A DNA stretch of 58,433 nt, counting the filler, from Sphacelaria rigidula (lineage: Eukaryota), in assembly GCA_964200075.2 (NCBI GenBank). It is 4 parts of 4 records of this genome, joined end to end, with 100 filler letters (N's around TTAATTAATTAA, not from the genome) between each part and the next. Parts side by side here need not be neighbours in the genome. Positions count along the whole stretch, not along the records: positions 14,636 to 29,170 come from CAXNAA020002201.1; positions 29,271 to 43,803 come from CAXNAA020002202.1; 2 more parts are not named here. One strand, written 5' to 3'. The notes beneath the pieces are model-generated. The model saw only the letters and a list, made by a program, of their open reading frames with translations, was not told where the DNA came from and searched no databases. Below are positions 26,331-38,900 of this stretch, one piece after another. The position numbers were made by a program, and so were the translations under genes. How positions within the stretch are numbered: position 1 is the first letter of the stretch; each line of letters begins with the position of its first letter.

Positions 26331-26683
26331 GACCGTCTTGTATGGCCACAAATCCGTATTCGTACAAATATGAGGATTCCAACCCGTCTACATCCGATTT
26401 TCTGCCGTGGATTGGTTTTTCGGACCTCACTCCTTGGGCAGTGTTTTCCGTCCAGCACATTCGGGGGAGATGCGGGAATCTGCCGATCTGAGCAGAAAGT
26501 CGATAAACTCAAAGTCCGCGTCCGGAAAATCGGATAATTGATCTGTTTTTTTCAGAGCTAGGCGGAAAACATTGCCCAAGGGACTGGGGCCCGAAAAATC
26601 AATCCACGGGAGGAAATCCGCTGTAGACGGGCTGAAATCTTCATATTTGTACAAATACGGATTGGTTACCATACAATACGGTC
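26331..26683. mobile_element. Foldback-type MITE with ~125-bp imperfect TIRs
   Basis: gaccgtcttgtatgg..aatccgtattcgtacaaatatga..ccttgggcagtgttttccg is mirrored by cggaaaacattgcccaagg..tcatatttgtacaaatacggatt..ccatacaatacggtc. The TSD is ambiguous (tta/ta). Confidence 0.8.
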
Positions 26684-28679
26684 TTACTGGCCCGACAAGT
26701 GATCACAAAAATTAGCCACGGAACTTAACTCGCGTGTTTCTTCGTCCTGTCCAGCTACAGTAGGGTATGGCTACAACAGTATACTGCAGGGCGGTTGCAC
26801 TGTGACCGAGAGCAAATAGCAGCGAGCTAGCCGGCGGGGGTGGTGGTACAATATGATCCATAAGCCCTCACACGAGCTCTTTTTGCCCATCACTTATCGA
26901 TTCAATCATCCACAAGACTGTGATTTGAAGCCTGGTTCGTGTCAATTTCTCTCGAAGGTGCTATAGTAGTCAGCATCAGAAGTCTGCGGAATTCCTAATT
27001 TATTGGTTACTTGGAGATTTTCAAAATTTCTTTCGCTTGCCACCGCTCATTATAGTGATTGTTGGATGCCAAAAAATGGGTTTCTGAAGATATTATAATC
27101 TTTTTGACAAATATCGAAAGAAAAAGAATCTGCGATCAACACTGAGTGACTTATGGGATTGGTCGATCTTCGGGGGTCCTTCGAAAGTGCGACCCTAGAA
27201 TCTAGCTTTTTAAATTTTTCGGTGGACCGACTCGATCCCGATCAATATGTGAATACATGAAATTTGTTGTTTTCTTTGAAAGTTCACCTGTTCACTGAGC
27301 TAGAGCTGGAAATTATGTTTCTTCTTGGACCATCCGCCGTCAATGACACCCTCCTGATAAACGGGGTCTTTACTGGGTATCGCCCTCACAACAACAACTT
27401 GGGTATCGTGATTAGAGCACGATCTGCTCAATTTGCCAAAACTATCGACGCTAGCGCTTTCGAGTGCTCATGGAAAATAGCATGCGAAAACTCCCTGAAA
27501 ATAAGCCATTCACGGAAAATGCTGACTGAGTTCTGTCTGTGCAGTATAGGGGGGAAAGACGATCTCGATCGTTATTTTGAATAATTTTATACATACTCAT
27601 TTATCTGGAAGCTAACCGTTTAGTTGCGAAAAAGACGGAAAGCTGTTTTATTTGACCAAAAACGTTCAATAACACCCTCCTGATAAACGGGGTATCTCGT
27701 CTGTATCGCCCGAAAACACCAATCTGGGCACTGTGGTTTGAGCGCGGCCTACGCTTCCCCCCTAAATTGACCGACGTTAGCAATTTTAAGTACTAATGAA
27801 GAATAGTACTTGAGAAAAACTCATAACATATAACAACTACGAATACCGAACACTTCTGATGCTGACTACTTTTAGTACCGATTCCTGATCCTGTCAGAGT
27901 ATTGGGCGAGGGGTGGGGGGTGCTCAAGCGCGTTGTACTTTTTCGGAGGATAGTACTGGAACAGTAGTACAAAGTGCAACATATACATGCCCTGACGTCT
28001 TCACTCAGGTACATGGTAGTTTTAAGGAAGAGACAAGGGGTCGGCGAGAGCGGCTGGGCGGTGCTGATGTGCGAGATCGCTCCACGAGGTACAGCACGCG
28101 AAGCTTCACCTCGCATGTAAATTTGGTCCTAGCCATGCCGCATCTTGCCTCAAGTGAGGATCTGCTTTTGATAGCAGAAAAAAATCAAAAACATGCTTCG
28201 TTACTTTCAGGAGGAGTTTCTTCTGTCAACGAAGATCATGTAGCAATTGCATAGACATCTGGCGCTATACAAAGTAACCGGGTCATGGCCGTAGCATGGC
28301 GCGATAAACGAGATACGAAGGGGTGGCGAGAACAGCGCCGGCGGTATCCAGATGGAGAACAACAGAGTCTGAACATGAAATTCAAAATTAGTATTACAGT
28401 ATCTCACACTACCACGATTTGAATTTCATTTCAGTTACTGTTCAGTGCAGCAAGCACCATATACGTACCGCTGTGAAGCAGCACTACTTTCCCGCTAGTA
28501 CCACCGAATCGAAACGCCCTCAGCTCGCCCGAAATGCACCACGGCTTTACCAGACCACGATTTCTGCCTTCCCGAGAGAGCTAAGCGTGCTAAGCCCTGA
28601 GACAACGAATGGTGTCGGAACTGCCGCACTGCACTAGACCAATACTTGCTGCATGACACATATTTACCGAGGCATACGG

Positions 28680-29030
28680 TCGCCCCGGCGGCTCCGTTGG
28701 TAAGCTCGAAAACCTTCTGACGATTGGATCGTGGGTCCAAATCTCGAAGCGATATGGGACTTTTATTCACATCATGCCCAATAGTAGCGGAGTGCGGCTG
28801 TGTCGTGGGTTCACAAAAGTCGACTTGACGGTCGACGAGGGAAAGGGACTGCTGAACCCCTTTCGCGATAACAAATAAAGACCAGGACCGCAGAAGGAAG
28901 GTAGAGTAGTAAAAAAAAATCTCCGGTGTTGACCTCTCTCCTGTGTGACCCCGGCTGGTGCGCCCACGCATACCGAAAGGTGCAGGCCGGCGGGTAGAAA
29001 AGATGGGACGACAACAACACACAACACACA
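28680..29030 (+). mobile_element. tRNA-derived SINE, family 2
   Basis: tRNA-like head gccccggcggctccgttggtaa..gtgggtccaaatctcg, with the same body as the other two copies. Confidence 0.75.
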
Positions 29031-29100
29031 TGCATGTCTTATGTTATTGCCTTCTGAGGCATATACTTGTCGGATTTATCATGGGTATACATATACATAC

Positions 29101-29161
<61 letters not shown>

Positions 29162-29270
29162 ACCCTCCCCNNNNNNNNNNNNNNNNNNNNNNNNNNNNNN
29201 NNNNNNNNNNNNNNTTAATTAATTAANNNNNNNNNNNNNNNNNNNNNNNNNNNNNNNNNNNNNNNNNNNN

Positions 29271-30500
29271 TGCCCTTGTCCCCTGGTCATCATCCAGGAT
29301 CCTACATGCTACATTTACTACGCCTTGGTGTATTTTGGCTACATACTACAACAAAATAACTCACTACCAGAGCGTAGCGCGATGCAGCGCAGCGCAGTAC
29401 CGCACCATACTGAAACGGTTCGTTTCTTGTCGGCAGAAGTGATCGAGGACATACTGTTTGGCTGCGTGTCCTGGACGCTCTCACCCAATAATTTCGGCAC
29501 TTTGCCGCACGCCCACCGCGGTTTCCTGTTGAGGTGTCTCAACGAGCATATCTCAACCCGCAGCGCTCCGGATCACATGCTACCATACTGCGAGGTCTTT
29601 GAAAGGACTGACTCCGGGTGCATCGAGGCTACCGCGATTAGGCGAATCCTCTTACACGCCGGTCACGTCTCGCTCATCCATGACAAACGCCCCCCCAATA
29701 TCGTCATGCGTGCAGGAAATATCGGAGGTGCGCGGGAGGCCGGCCAGGGTCAACCTGCGAAACGCCTTGAGTACTCGGTTACTGAGTACTGCTCCGCCTT
29801 CGGGATACATTCGCCATGGTGTACGCAAATCGTCAAACATTTTCTCAAGTGGTACCGGGTCGTATAGGAAGGAGCTAAGATTTGCGTGGCAACAACTCGG
29901 ACCACCACGCAAGTGAACACGACCGACGTGCGCCATGCAGAGAAATTGGACGCCGTGTCACCACTAGATTTCCCTCTGCGTCACTTGAAGCTTACCGAAG
30001 CGTAACAAGTAGCCCGTCACGGCGTGTTCGCTTTTGCGTCTGCCGTCTTCCTGGTAACGTTTTCTGCCTTTTTTCCGTGGTTACCTGGGCATGTTGTTTG
30101 GCGCTCGTTTGGTATCCATATATTTCCCTGGGGTGTACTTCTTGTATTTTTATTACTTTCACGTTTCTCGAGTTCCTATACTTTATTGGCAGAACTGCCT
30201 TGTTTACTGTACCACACCACCACCAACTCGAGTATTATTTTTTCTTTCTGTTTTTTTACTTCTCTCCTTTTTTGTTTTATTTTGTTAGCTATGGAGTCTC
30301 AGAAGAAGCCGCTCAGTAAGCGCTTCTATGTAAGGAATAGTAGTGCCGGAAAGGCGAGCCAACGTCTGTGGCCACGGCTTCGAGGGACCGGGCTAATATG
30401 CAGAAATAATGCTAATACTAATGTTAATGCTAGTGCGAATGCCAACACCAGCAACACCAACAACACCCACAACCGCAACCACGACAGCAACAACTACAAA
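29271..30500 (+). mobile_element. 3' fragment of the same RTE-like LINE family
   Basis: EVIEDILFGCVSWTL..HAHRGFLLRCLNEHISTRSAPDH..HAGHV aligns with the 23119-23793 ORF. It has the same 3' terminal motif at ~30327-30410 and an aat/aac tail. Confidence 0.88.
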
Positions 30501-30510
30501 ACTATATATA

Positions 30511-31132
30511 CTTCCTCTGTCCCATACGTTAGAGTACCTATGGGCAATATGTTGTCTGGGTACAACCGTGTTAGTGAGGATAGTGTAGTCGGATTCGTCA
30601 GGGAGATAAAACGAAAATACGAAGCTAGAGTAAAAAACGAGGTTATATTCCTTCACCTAAAATGAGTCAAAATATACCCTATTTTGGCCTATTTTAGGAA
30701 TACTTTTGGAAATGTATTTTGATCAATTTTACAGAATTCTCCAAAAATTATTAAAAAGCGTCCAAATTTGGTACCCTACCTACCCACTGCATCATTCTAG
30801 CGATGGGCTCGCCCCCCAGTACACCCCCACCTCGCAAACGAGGCGCCGAGATATCGGTTGGGAGCCGCTACCCAATGGCGGTAGATATTGCGATGGTCAT
30901 GCAGTCCCGTGGGAAAGGCGTGAAATAGGGCCACTTTTGGACCGACTGGTTGTTTTTCGGCCGTTCGGCCGCATGGCTCAAGCACCGGATGGAAAAAAAA
31001 CAAACATGTTTCTTCCTGGAAAAACACCGAAGGTTTCAAGAAAAAAAATGAAAAACAGATCGGACACGGTTGAGGGCTCGTACCTGAACAAAATTTTATA
31101 TTTAGGTACCCTGACTTATGAGACAGAGGAAG
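30511..31132. mobile_element. Stowaway-like (Tc1/mariner) non-autonomous element
   Basis: ta|cttcctctgtcccatacgttagagtaccta ... taggtaccctgacttatgagacagaggaag|ta; TA TSD and a CTCCCTCCGT-like TIR. Confidence 0.8.
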
Positions 31133-31456
31133 TAATACCTATGGTAACGCCCGTTTTTGGCTACTGACTGCTTTTTGATTGTTCAACCTCCGCTGACATG
31201 ATTCATTTTATCACCACTCCAAAATACAAAAGAAGATGCTGTAAACACTACGTTCATGTGGCACTACTCGTATTATAACAAGGCCTGGGGCTGCCTGGGG
31301 CAAACAAGGGTTGAATCCCCGATGAAAAACCCAAATTTAGCCGTCGAGCATATTAATGTCCGCTGACGTCACCTACGCATTCCCGAGCACCCTGTACTGA
31401 GCCCCCCTCTCCAGACACGAAATGTCAACTTTCGGGGTCTACCGCACAATATGATG

Positions 31457-31818
31457 CAGTGTTGGATATCGAATCGAAAGTTGTATCGTGTCGGAATATC
31501 ATCGTTATCGTTATCGTATCGAAAACATTTCGACATAACGATAAAACGTGCGGTGTGATCATTGGGTTTCGTCGAATCTGGACACGTTTTCTCCTAGGCT
31601 GGGAGACCTTGATTAGGCCGATTTCGATGGTAAATAAAGCCATATATCCTCACGAGCCGGGGTGAGGGGGGGAAGGGCATCTGGCGCTCGCACAGCGAGT
31701 GGACTGGCTGCGCTCGCCGCGGTTCGGCTTCGCCGCAATTTATCAAAACCTATCGTTATCGAACGCTGAAGAAGTCAATGTCGTACCGAAGTGGTACATG
31801 GCTCGATATCCAGCACTA
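31457..31818. mobile_element. hAT-type MITE with 8-bp TSD
   Basis: atatgatg|cagtgttggatatcga ... tcgatatccagcacta|atatgatg, with subterminal tatcg repeats. Confidence 0.88.
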
Positions 31819-32389
31819 ATATGATGTAGTGTAAGCCGTTCAAAGTACATGCGAGCCCCCAAGCCCCCCAAAAATGCCTCCGGACAACCTTTCCGCTAAT
31901 TGTGGATTTTTGGCGAGATACCACTTTATCAGGTACTGTACCGGGGCACGTAGTACACCCCCAAATACCGCTTCCGGGTGATGCGTCTTCAGCCCCCAGA
32001 ACTCGTTGCACGAGGAGCATATAAACTGCATTCTACAGCACAGTAGGTATCTGAATTCAATTGATGAGCACAACAGTGCGGTAACCCCGTGTGTGCGCGC
32101 GACCTATGGAGGATGTCACGTGTAAATGCATGGACGGAGTGGATTGTATCAGATGCAGTCCTTCCGTGATCAAACCGCATGCGCACTGAAGCCTCGAGGG
32201 GCGACTCTTTTGCATCCCTACCGCGATGGGCAAGGAAAGTGTATACCATGGTAGACAAATGTAGGAGGAGTGTACAAGTAGGAGGAATAAGTGCGCTTCA
32301 TTTAGTCGAGGTGGTGCTTCGTTTCGGAATAGTTTATCTGCGTGTTCGACTTCCTGTTCACTCTGACTGCCTGATTTTGCATATTGTAC

Positions 32390-32623
32390 CTTATTCCGTT
32401 GCCCGATAGCCCGGAGCTTCTGCTTGTCGATACGAGCAGCATTTTCGTGCAATACCTCCACGATGTGATGCACCGAACTATTAAAGTCCTTTATCTTACT
32501 TACGAACCCCCGACATTCTTCCTCGAGCGTTTCCGAGTGCTTGAACTGCTCGGGGTCGAGGACACGAATGCGACACTCGTCGTCAAACGATATTTGGACG
32601 CCACCTGCATCTTCATTCATCAT
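32390..32623 (-). CDS. IFT20: Intraflagellar transport protein 20, first exon
   Basis: MMNEDAGGVQISFDDECRIRVLDPEQFKHSETLEEECRGFVSKIKDFNSSVHHIVEVLHENAARIDKQKLRAIGQRNK followed by a GT donor. FDD..IRVLDP and KLRAIG.RN are IFT20 hallmarks. The 3' exon(s) were not located. Confidence 0.92.
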
Positions 32624-32976
32624 GCACCGCTGCTCTCGATTCCTAGCTCTTGGCGTTTTGCCGCCACTCTCTGTGCGGGTGAGGTATTTTGAGCGGTAAT
32701 TGCATCGAATCTTTTTTGTTGTCTTCACAGGAACGGCAGTGTTCGGATTTCAATTTGGAGCAATCCTTCTGATTATAGTTACTCCGCATCTCCGAATCAA
32801 CGGGAGATCCTGAGAGTCTGCATCGAGAGAGGCTCTGCAAGATCGAGATCGGCGCGTTGTATCCCTAGCCCGCAGCTTAATGGCGATGTTTCTGTAAGCA
32901 GCCGAGATCACAGATACCTGAAGGGAGGGAATCCTGTCGTTGTGGTTCTCAATGCTTGGCAGTTCAGACGGTCACG
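32624..32976. promoter_or_regulatory. Short divergent intergenic region, candidate bidirectional promoter
   Basis: Only ~350 bp separate the IFT20 ATG (minus, 32623) from the putative MDHAR-like ATG (plus, 32977). No repeat is recognisable in between. Confidence 0.55.
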
Positions 32977-35900
32977 ATGCGAGCTGAAGTCGAAATTATC
33001 GCTCCGTCGCATGAATCTCGGCGCAAAAGCTCCTTGCTAGCCAAACAGGTGCTCGCGGCTATTAGGGAGACGGACGATGAGGCTTTCGACGACGTCCTCC
33101 GGTTCGATTTCGTGGCGCTTGGTGGTGGTGTTGCTGCCGGATACTGGGCCAAGGTGTGCGTGGTGGTGCGAAAGCGGCTACAGATAGCACCACGTTGGAT
33201 CTAGCACGTACATCCAACGCCACGTAATGTACTCGTCATCATTGCAGCGCTTCAAAGCAACACTGTGCCGTACTCATGTTAAGTGCTGTAGTATCGGTCG
33301 CTTAGAGGCAAACGCAGCTGGATACACAAATAAATACAGGCGCAGCTGCTCCTCCCCGTACAATCAGAGTGATCTGTTATGTGTTTTGGCTGTTAGCATG
33401 ATGAACCCAAGGTTGGTTTGGGCGCGAAAACATGCGAGTCAACTTCGCAAAAACATGACGAGGTGGACACGTGGGTGACGGTCGTCGTCGCTTTGGAACA
33501 GTATTCAATGAAACAGCAGTATGAACGCCGTCTTGACCCTTTTGGAACCGTTGATGGAAAAATGACGATTTTACAATTGATGTTTTCTTGAGCAAGGTAT
33601 GGTTGTTTTTCTGCAATTTTTAATGATGCAGCCCACCAAAACGGTGCATCACTCTAAGGTCAAGTACACAAATGTGACAGACTCTTGCACCGAACTCGAA
33701 GTGGCGTTTTTTCCGGCGACGAAAGCTCGCATGTGGGAGTTTGTGCTGTTTTCGTGAGTTCCAAAAATGGTTAACTTCGGTGGTCCAACCTGCTGTCTCT
33801 GGCAACACGCAAACAGACTATCGCAGAATCTCTATGTGGGGGAGGAGGTACAGCCGCAATCGTCAGCGGCGATCCCGCAGGCCTCGTTCCGTTCGAAAGG
33901 TAACCCGAGACAGAGACCTCGACTCTCGCCTTACCGTCTTCGAAGACCATGGTGATTGACAACGCTCTCGCAGATGTCACCTACACTACAGTAAATGGGC
34001 CAGCACGAATGACATTCGAAAACTATTACGTAGGAGGTGGCGAGTCAACAGTGATCGTTTGCACTGCTTTTGAAAATATAGTGGTAACCTAGCTGGTCGA
34101 AGTTCATACCGCCTTGACAACATGCAGCAGGTAGATGTATCATCTACGTCTTCGTACGATATTATACCACTTACTTTATCACCCCTCCCCTACAGAAACA
34201 GAATGCTGCTGCAGACAACTCGCTCCATCATCAACCAGAATGAGTTCATCATAAATGAGTCCAGTACCATCCTCAAACCGGCCGTGTCAATAAGATTCGC
34301 GTGAGTCCTAGCCTTTTGTGTATGTTGATGACTTTTGGTAGGCTAGGTGCGCATACGTATCACTAGCCCCCCCCTCCCCCCCTCTCTTCTACCCCCCGCA
34401 CCCTCTCCCCCACTCGTGCTGTGACGTGTAGACCAGCCCTATCAAAGGACTGCCTAAATCCACATTTATCCGGTTTCCGTGACTTCTCAGCCAAATCTCC
34501 AGACTTCCCGTTCGTGTGTTTGGGATCTGGCGGCGAATCCCAACCGCCGCAATGGTACCAGGATAAGGTACCTACCGAAGTGCCGTGCCAGAAGTGTTGT
34601 CGTTGATACCAGCGTAACATCGAGCTTTGATCGAATGCGTGACAACGATTCCTTATTTCGCTCAGTGGTGGGGGTCCAGCGAATTAAAGCCTCTCTTACA
34701 TTGTCGTGTGACACCTCAAGATATCTTGTTTGTTCACGGTGCTTTGCTCTATTGATGTCGAGCACAGGGCATCGCAATCTTGTCGGAATGCCAAGCGGTT
34801 TCCGTCGATCTGGAGAAGAAACACATCAAGGTCAGGCGCATCAGATCGGGTAGCATGACAACGTTGGAGTTCAGCGAAACGATCAAAGTGAGACATGATC
34901 TACTTCTATCATGTAATTGCGACCAGTCAGTATGATACATGCAGGAATAGGGTATAACATTTCGCCACCGCTGACATCGCGGCTAAATCCAAGGCTTCTT
35001 CCTGTGCTCCTTGTTGGTTTTTACCACCTTGGTTAGATCTACGATGCGCTAGAGTACACGAGCCTCGCACATTGACATGCAAGGAGATGAATCTACGACA
35101 CCTGCCGCGAGTGAAAAAAACACTTGGCGTACCCGATTTCCACGCAGAACCTATGCCGTATGCATTCCCTGTCGTGCTTTTGTGTTATGTTCGTGTTTAG
35201 GTGGAGTATGGCCGGTTGTTGATTGTCACGGGAGTGCGAGCTCGACGTATTGCCGACAGCACCCATAAAGACATCGCGAGGGCACTACAGGTGATCTCCT
35301 CGAATTATGAATCGACGACGATTGAAACACTGGAACTCCTGCGGTGGTTGCTATACATATTTAAATCTGCAACATGATAACTTGGGACTTCCATGAGTTT
35401 CAGGAGGCAGAACATCACGCCCGTGGCTGTTGAGTATGGTATTCAGCAGTCTGGCTTGTCTTCTCACGAGAATGTTCGCGTAGTCCCCTCCCCAGACTCC
35501 GAGCCTATATAGATAAACGCCCATTGGTATACTTTTGCGTTCTGTCAGCTTTGATACCACAGCTCCAAGCCATGACTCCTATACGGTGTCCTGCCGTTCT
35601 CTGTTGATGTCCCGTTTCATCACAGGCCAGCTGCTCTTGCTCTCGACATCCAGACCTCACCGGGTGTCCGTTATCACTTGCAGCTCCTGAGCGATTTGGC
35701 TTCGGATCTGTGCACCATCTGCGAGATCTAGGAGATACATTGAAGCTGCTGCAGGCAATGAAAAGGGTGGAGGCTGACGGGCAAGTGAGGGACTGGGTAG
35801 TAGCTGTCATGGTGTAGAGGATGATCGAACTGCGTCATGCGTCAAACATTTAATCGGCCTTGCTCTATTCGTGTTGAGTTCACCAATAGGAAGTCCGCGG

Positions 35901-38900
35901 CAAAGAAGAAAAATACATGATCACAAGTCGACCTCGTGGACGGGTATCGCTGTTTTGTTGGCGGAGTAGAAGAGCACGTCCATGTTAGATCCTCGAGTGG
36001 GGATGACGCTCGTCACAGCATCGTCAACTTACCACTACGAGATGGTTGGTATATCATTCATACGGGCATACTAAATGGCCAGAAGAGATTACTTGACATT
36101 GGTGATACGAAGAAACTTTGAGAACATTGGTCGGTGTAAACTTTTACTGGGGGGTCTTGAGAGGTAATTTGGTGCACTAGCGAATTTGGTTCGAAACTGC
36201 AATGTAACATAAACTTTCCCATATCTGACTGTCGACCACAACATGATAGGACACGTGCAAGCACCCAGCCGTTCTAATCGGCGGCGGTGTGATAACCTGG
36301 GAGGTGGCTGCCGCCATTGTTGTACATTACCCGGACATGCCGTTGGTCATGATCATGGCCGGTGAAACAGTTTTGGAGCAAACTGGCTTCGGTCCGGAGA
36401 TCTGTCAGTTCTACGAAAGGCGATTGGCACGGGTAAGGAGCGCATACGTGGTGGGTAGGACGCTGTAACAAAGATGAGCTGCTACGTGAGGTAGCGACAG
36501 GTCTTCGTAAATCCGGAGGGCGGCAGGTGGCGAGAAACTTGTCAGTGAATTGACCATCAAATAGTGCGGTTCCCTCTTAATTATTTCTCGGCGTTTTACA
36601 TATGCGGGTATTTTCTAAGACGTGAAACATACACTCTGTGGATATACATACTTCGAAGTATATCGTACCTCGACCGAAAGGAAAATCCACCCCAAGTGTC
36701 TTCACCGCTGTCTTGCTTTGCATGGATTTGTCACCTCCCGAATCACCCCTGAAAATGGAAGTCTGGTGTGGGGTTTGCAAAGGGGTATGCCGTGACTCGT
36801 CTGTGGCCCATAGAGGAGGAGGGATGTTTTCCGACGCTGGAGCGTTCCTCCGAGGGACTGAGTCTCAAGAAAACGCTTCCCCGGACTTTCGGCGCAGCTG
36901 ATCCACATTTTACCGAATGTCGTGGAGTCGTACTTTCGAACGTGCGTACCGGCGAGGAGGTGAGACCTGAGATGACTATCACAAGCGAAAATTTAGCGGG
37001 GCGTTATGCGAAAATGCCCTGCGAAATCATCTTCGGGGGCTGCTCGCGATAGACACGACTTTCGACTAGCAGACCCGTTACAGCTTGTGGTGTGGTGGTG
37101 GGCAGCTTGCCAATTTCTGTGCAGAAAACGTTTGTAAAATAAGACCATGGTGGCTATAACCCAGCTCGTCGCATGCACTAATGAGAATAAATATGCTATG
37201 GTGGGTGCAGATGGGGTAGCGATGCAATACTTTGGAGTAGAGACCATGCTGACGATAGCGATGGTGCGGTTTTCATGCGTAGTGCACGTGTCGCATCACC
37301 ATCTCCGCGCGATGTTGTTTTCCTCTTGCGTGTTATCCCATGCGACGGATCTTCGTAGTAGGCCATGAGGTGTCCGTAGGTGGCGTCAAGTAGTTCCTTG
37401 ACCGGTAGCTGCTAGAGTCAAACCCGCTGGTTTATGCAATCTGTCTGTTTTCGGGTAGCACACACTACTCACGCGGCAACCGAATCAAGCACACGGACTT
37501 ACTGCCCTCGAATCTCTCGTTTCGATGTGGATACCTTGCACTACTGTATGTATGTACTTGAATAAATACCAAAGCTAGATCTGGCTAGCGTGCCGCTACG
37601 TCGTAGCAGGCATTGGAACCATTCCGAATTCCGAGCTATTCAAGGGATCGCTCGAACTCTCTCGAGATGGTGGCATCATCACGGATTCCTGCCTGCGTAC
37701 CAGTCATCCCTCCGGGGATGTTTTTGCCGCGGGAGACGTGGCATGCGTTCCCGTTCCTCTCACAGGCGACAGCGAAGGAGGTTTCCCTGCCACTACCGCC
37801 AGATACGAGCATGTTTGGGCGGCGCAGGAGATGGGCGCTCATGCGGCGAGAGCGATGCTGGGTGCTGCTGGGGGGCAGCAACCATACGATCCTGTGCCGT
37901 ACATGTACTCCAGGTCAGATCTCTGGGATCAGGAGCAAGTCGTGCCTGCTTGACTTGTTTGCGGTGTGCTTTGGAGACGGGCAAGGGTGGAGGGTGACGT
38001 CCCGCCCTAGATCTTCGCACGTACTCAGCTGCGAGATGTACAGCAAGAAACCATCCTGACAGTGGATCTCACGACCGACCACCGTGACGTCACGGTCCAT
38101 GGAGTGCGATGGGGCTGGTATTGCCTGCCCGGATGGTACAGAAACAAAGCATGTGCTGATGCGCTTCCAAGTACAATGAATATACGATACCGTTATCTCC
38201 ATAAGTTCAAGGCTTGCTTCACAGCGCGAAGGCCACAATACAAAGTCAGGATTCTGCTCGAGATATCTCTCTCCCCGAATCGCACGCACTGCTGGTTATC
38301 CAAGCAAACTGCGAGTGCTCGAACAATCCTTCTTTTTTTCTACTGACATATGGTCGTGCTATTCCGCTGCAAGCGGTGTTCTGCTGTGCTCGTTTGTCCC
38401 CGCTGCTATGCCGGGTGTGCGTTTGTTGTTCTGCCGAGTTTACCGACCCTAGTATCCGATGCTTGTTCTGGCAGCTTCTTGGAGATGTCCTGGAAGTTTT
38501 ATGGATTCACAAGAGGGGAGATCTGCGTTTTGGGTATGGAGGCATTTCCCACCACGAGAACGTTCGGGGCATTTTGGGTGTCAGCCGGGAGAATCGTCGG
38601 TGCATTCCTCGAGGTGTGGTACGACCAATAAATCAGCAGAGGGGGGAATGGTCAAGCGACCAGCGATCAAAAGCGGGCAGGTGTTATTCGTTCATACAGA
38701 GACAGCGCACCGTGGTGCTAACACAGTAACACCTGCCTGCCTCACTCACGCCACGACCAAGCGATCACGCAAAGGCCAATATGACGAGGGATGCAGTATT
38801 TAGACGACTTGGGTCCTCCCGGGGTATTGATCACTTCATTAAGTTTGGAAAAATTCATCGTTTTGTTGTGCGATCACTCATCAGTTGATTTTAGAGTAGG

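Noticed and set aside
29102-29157. Poly-C/poly-G runs read as polyproline or polyglycine ORFs (also 14694-14736)
   Set aside because: They are homopolymers next to gaps, with unreliable length and no coding support.
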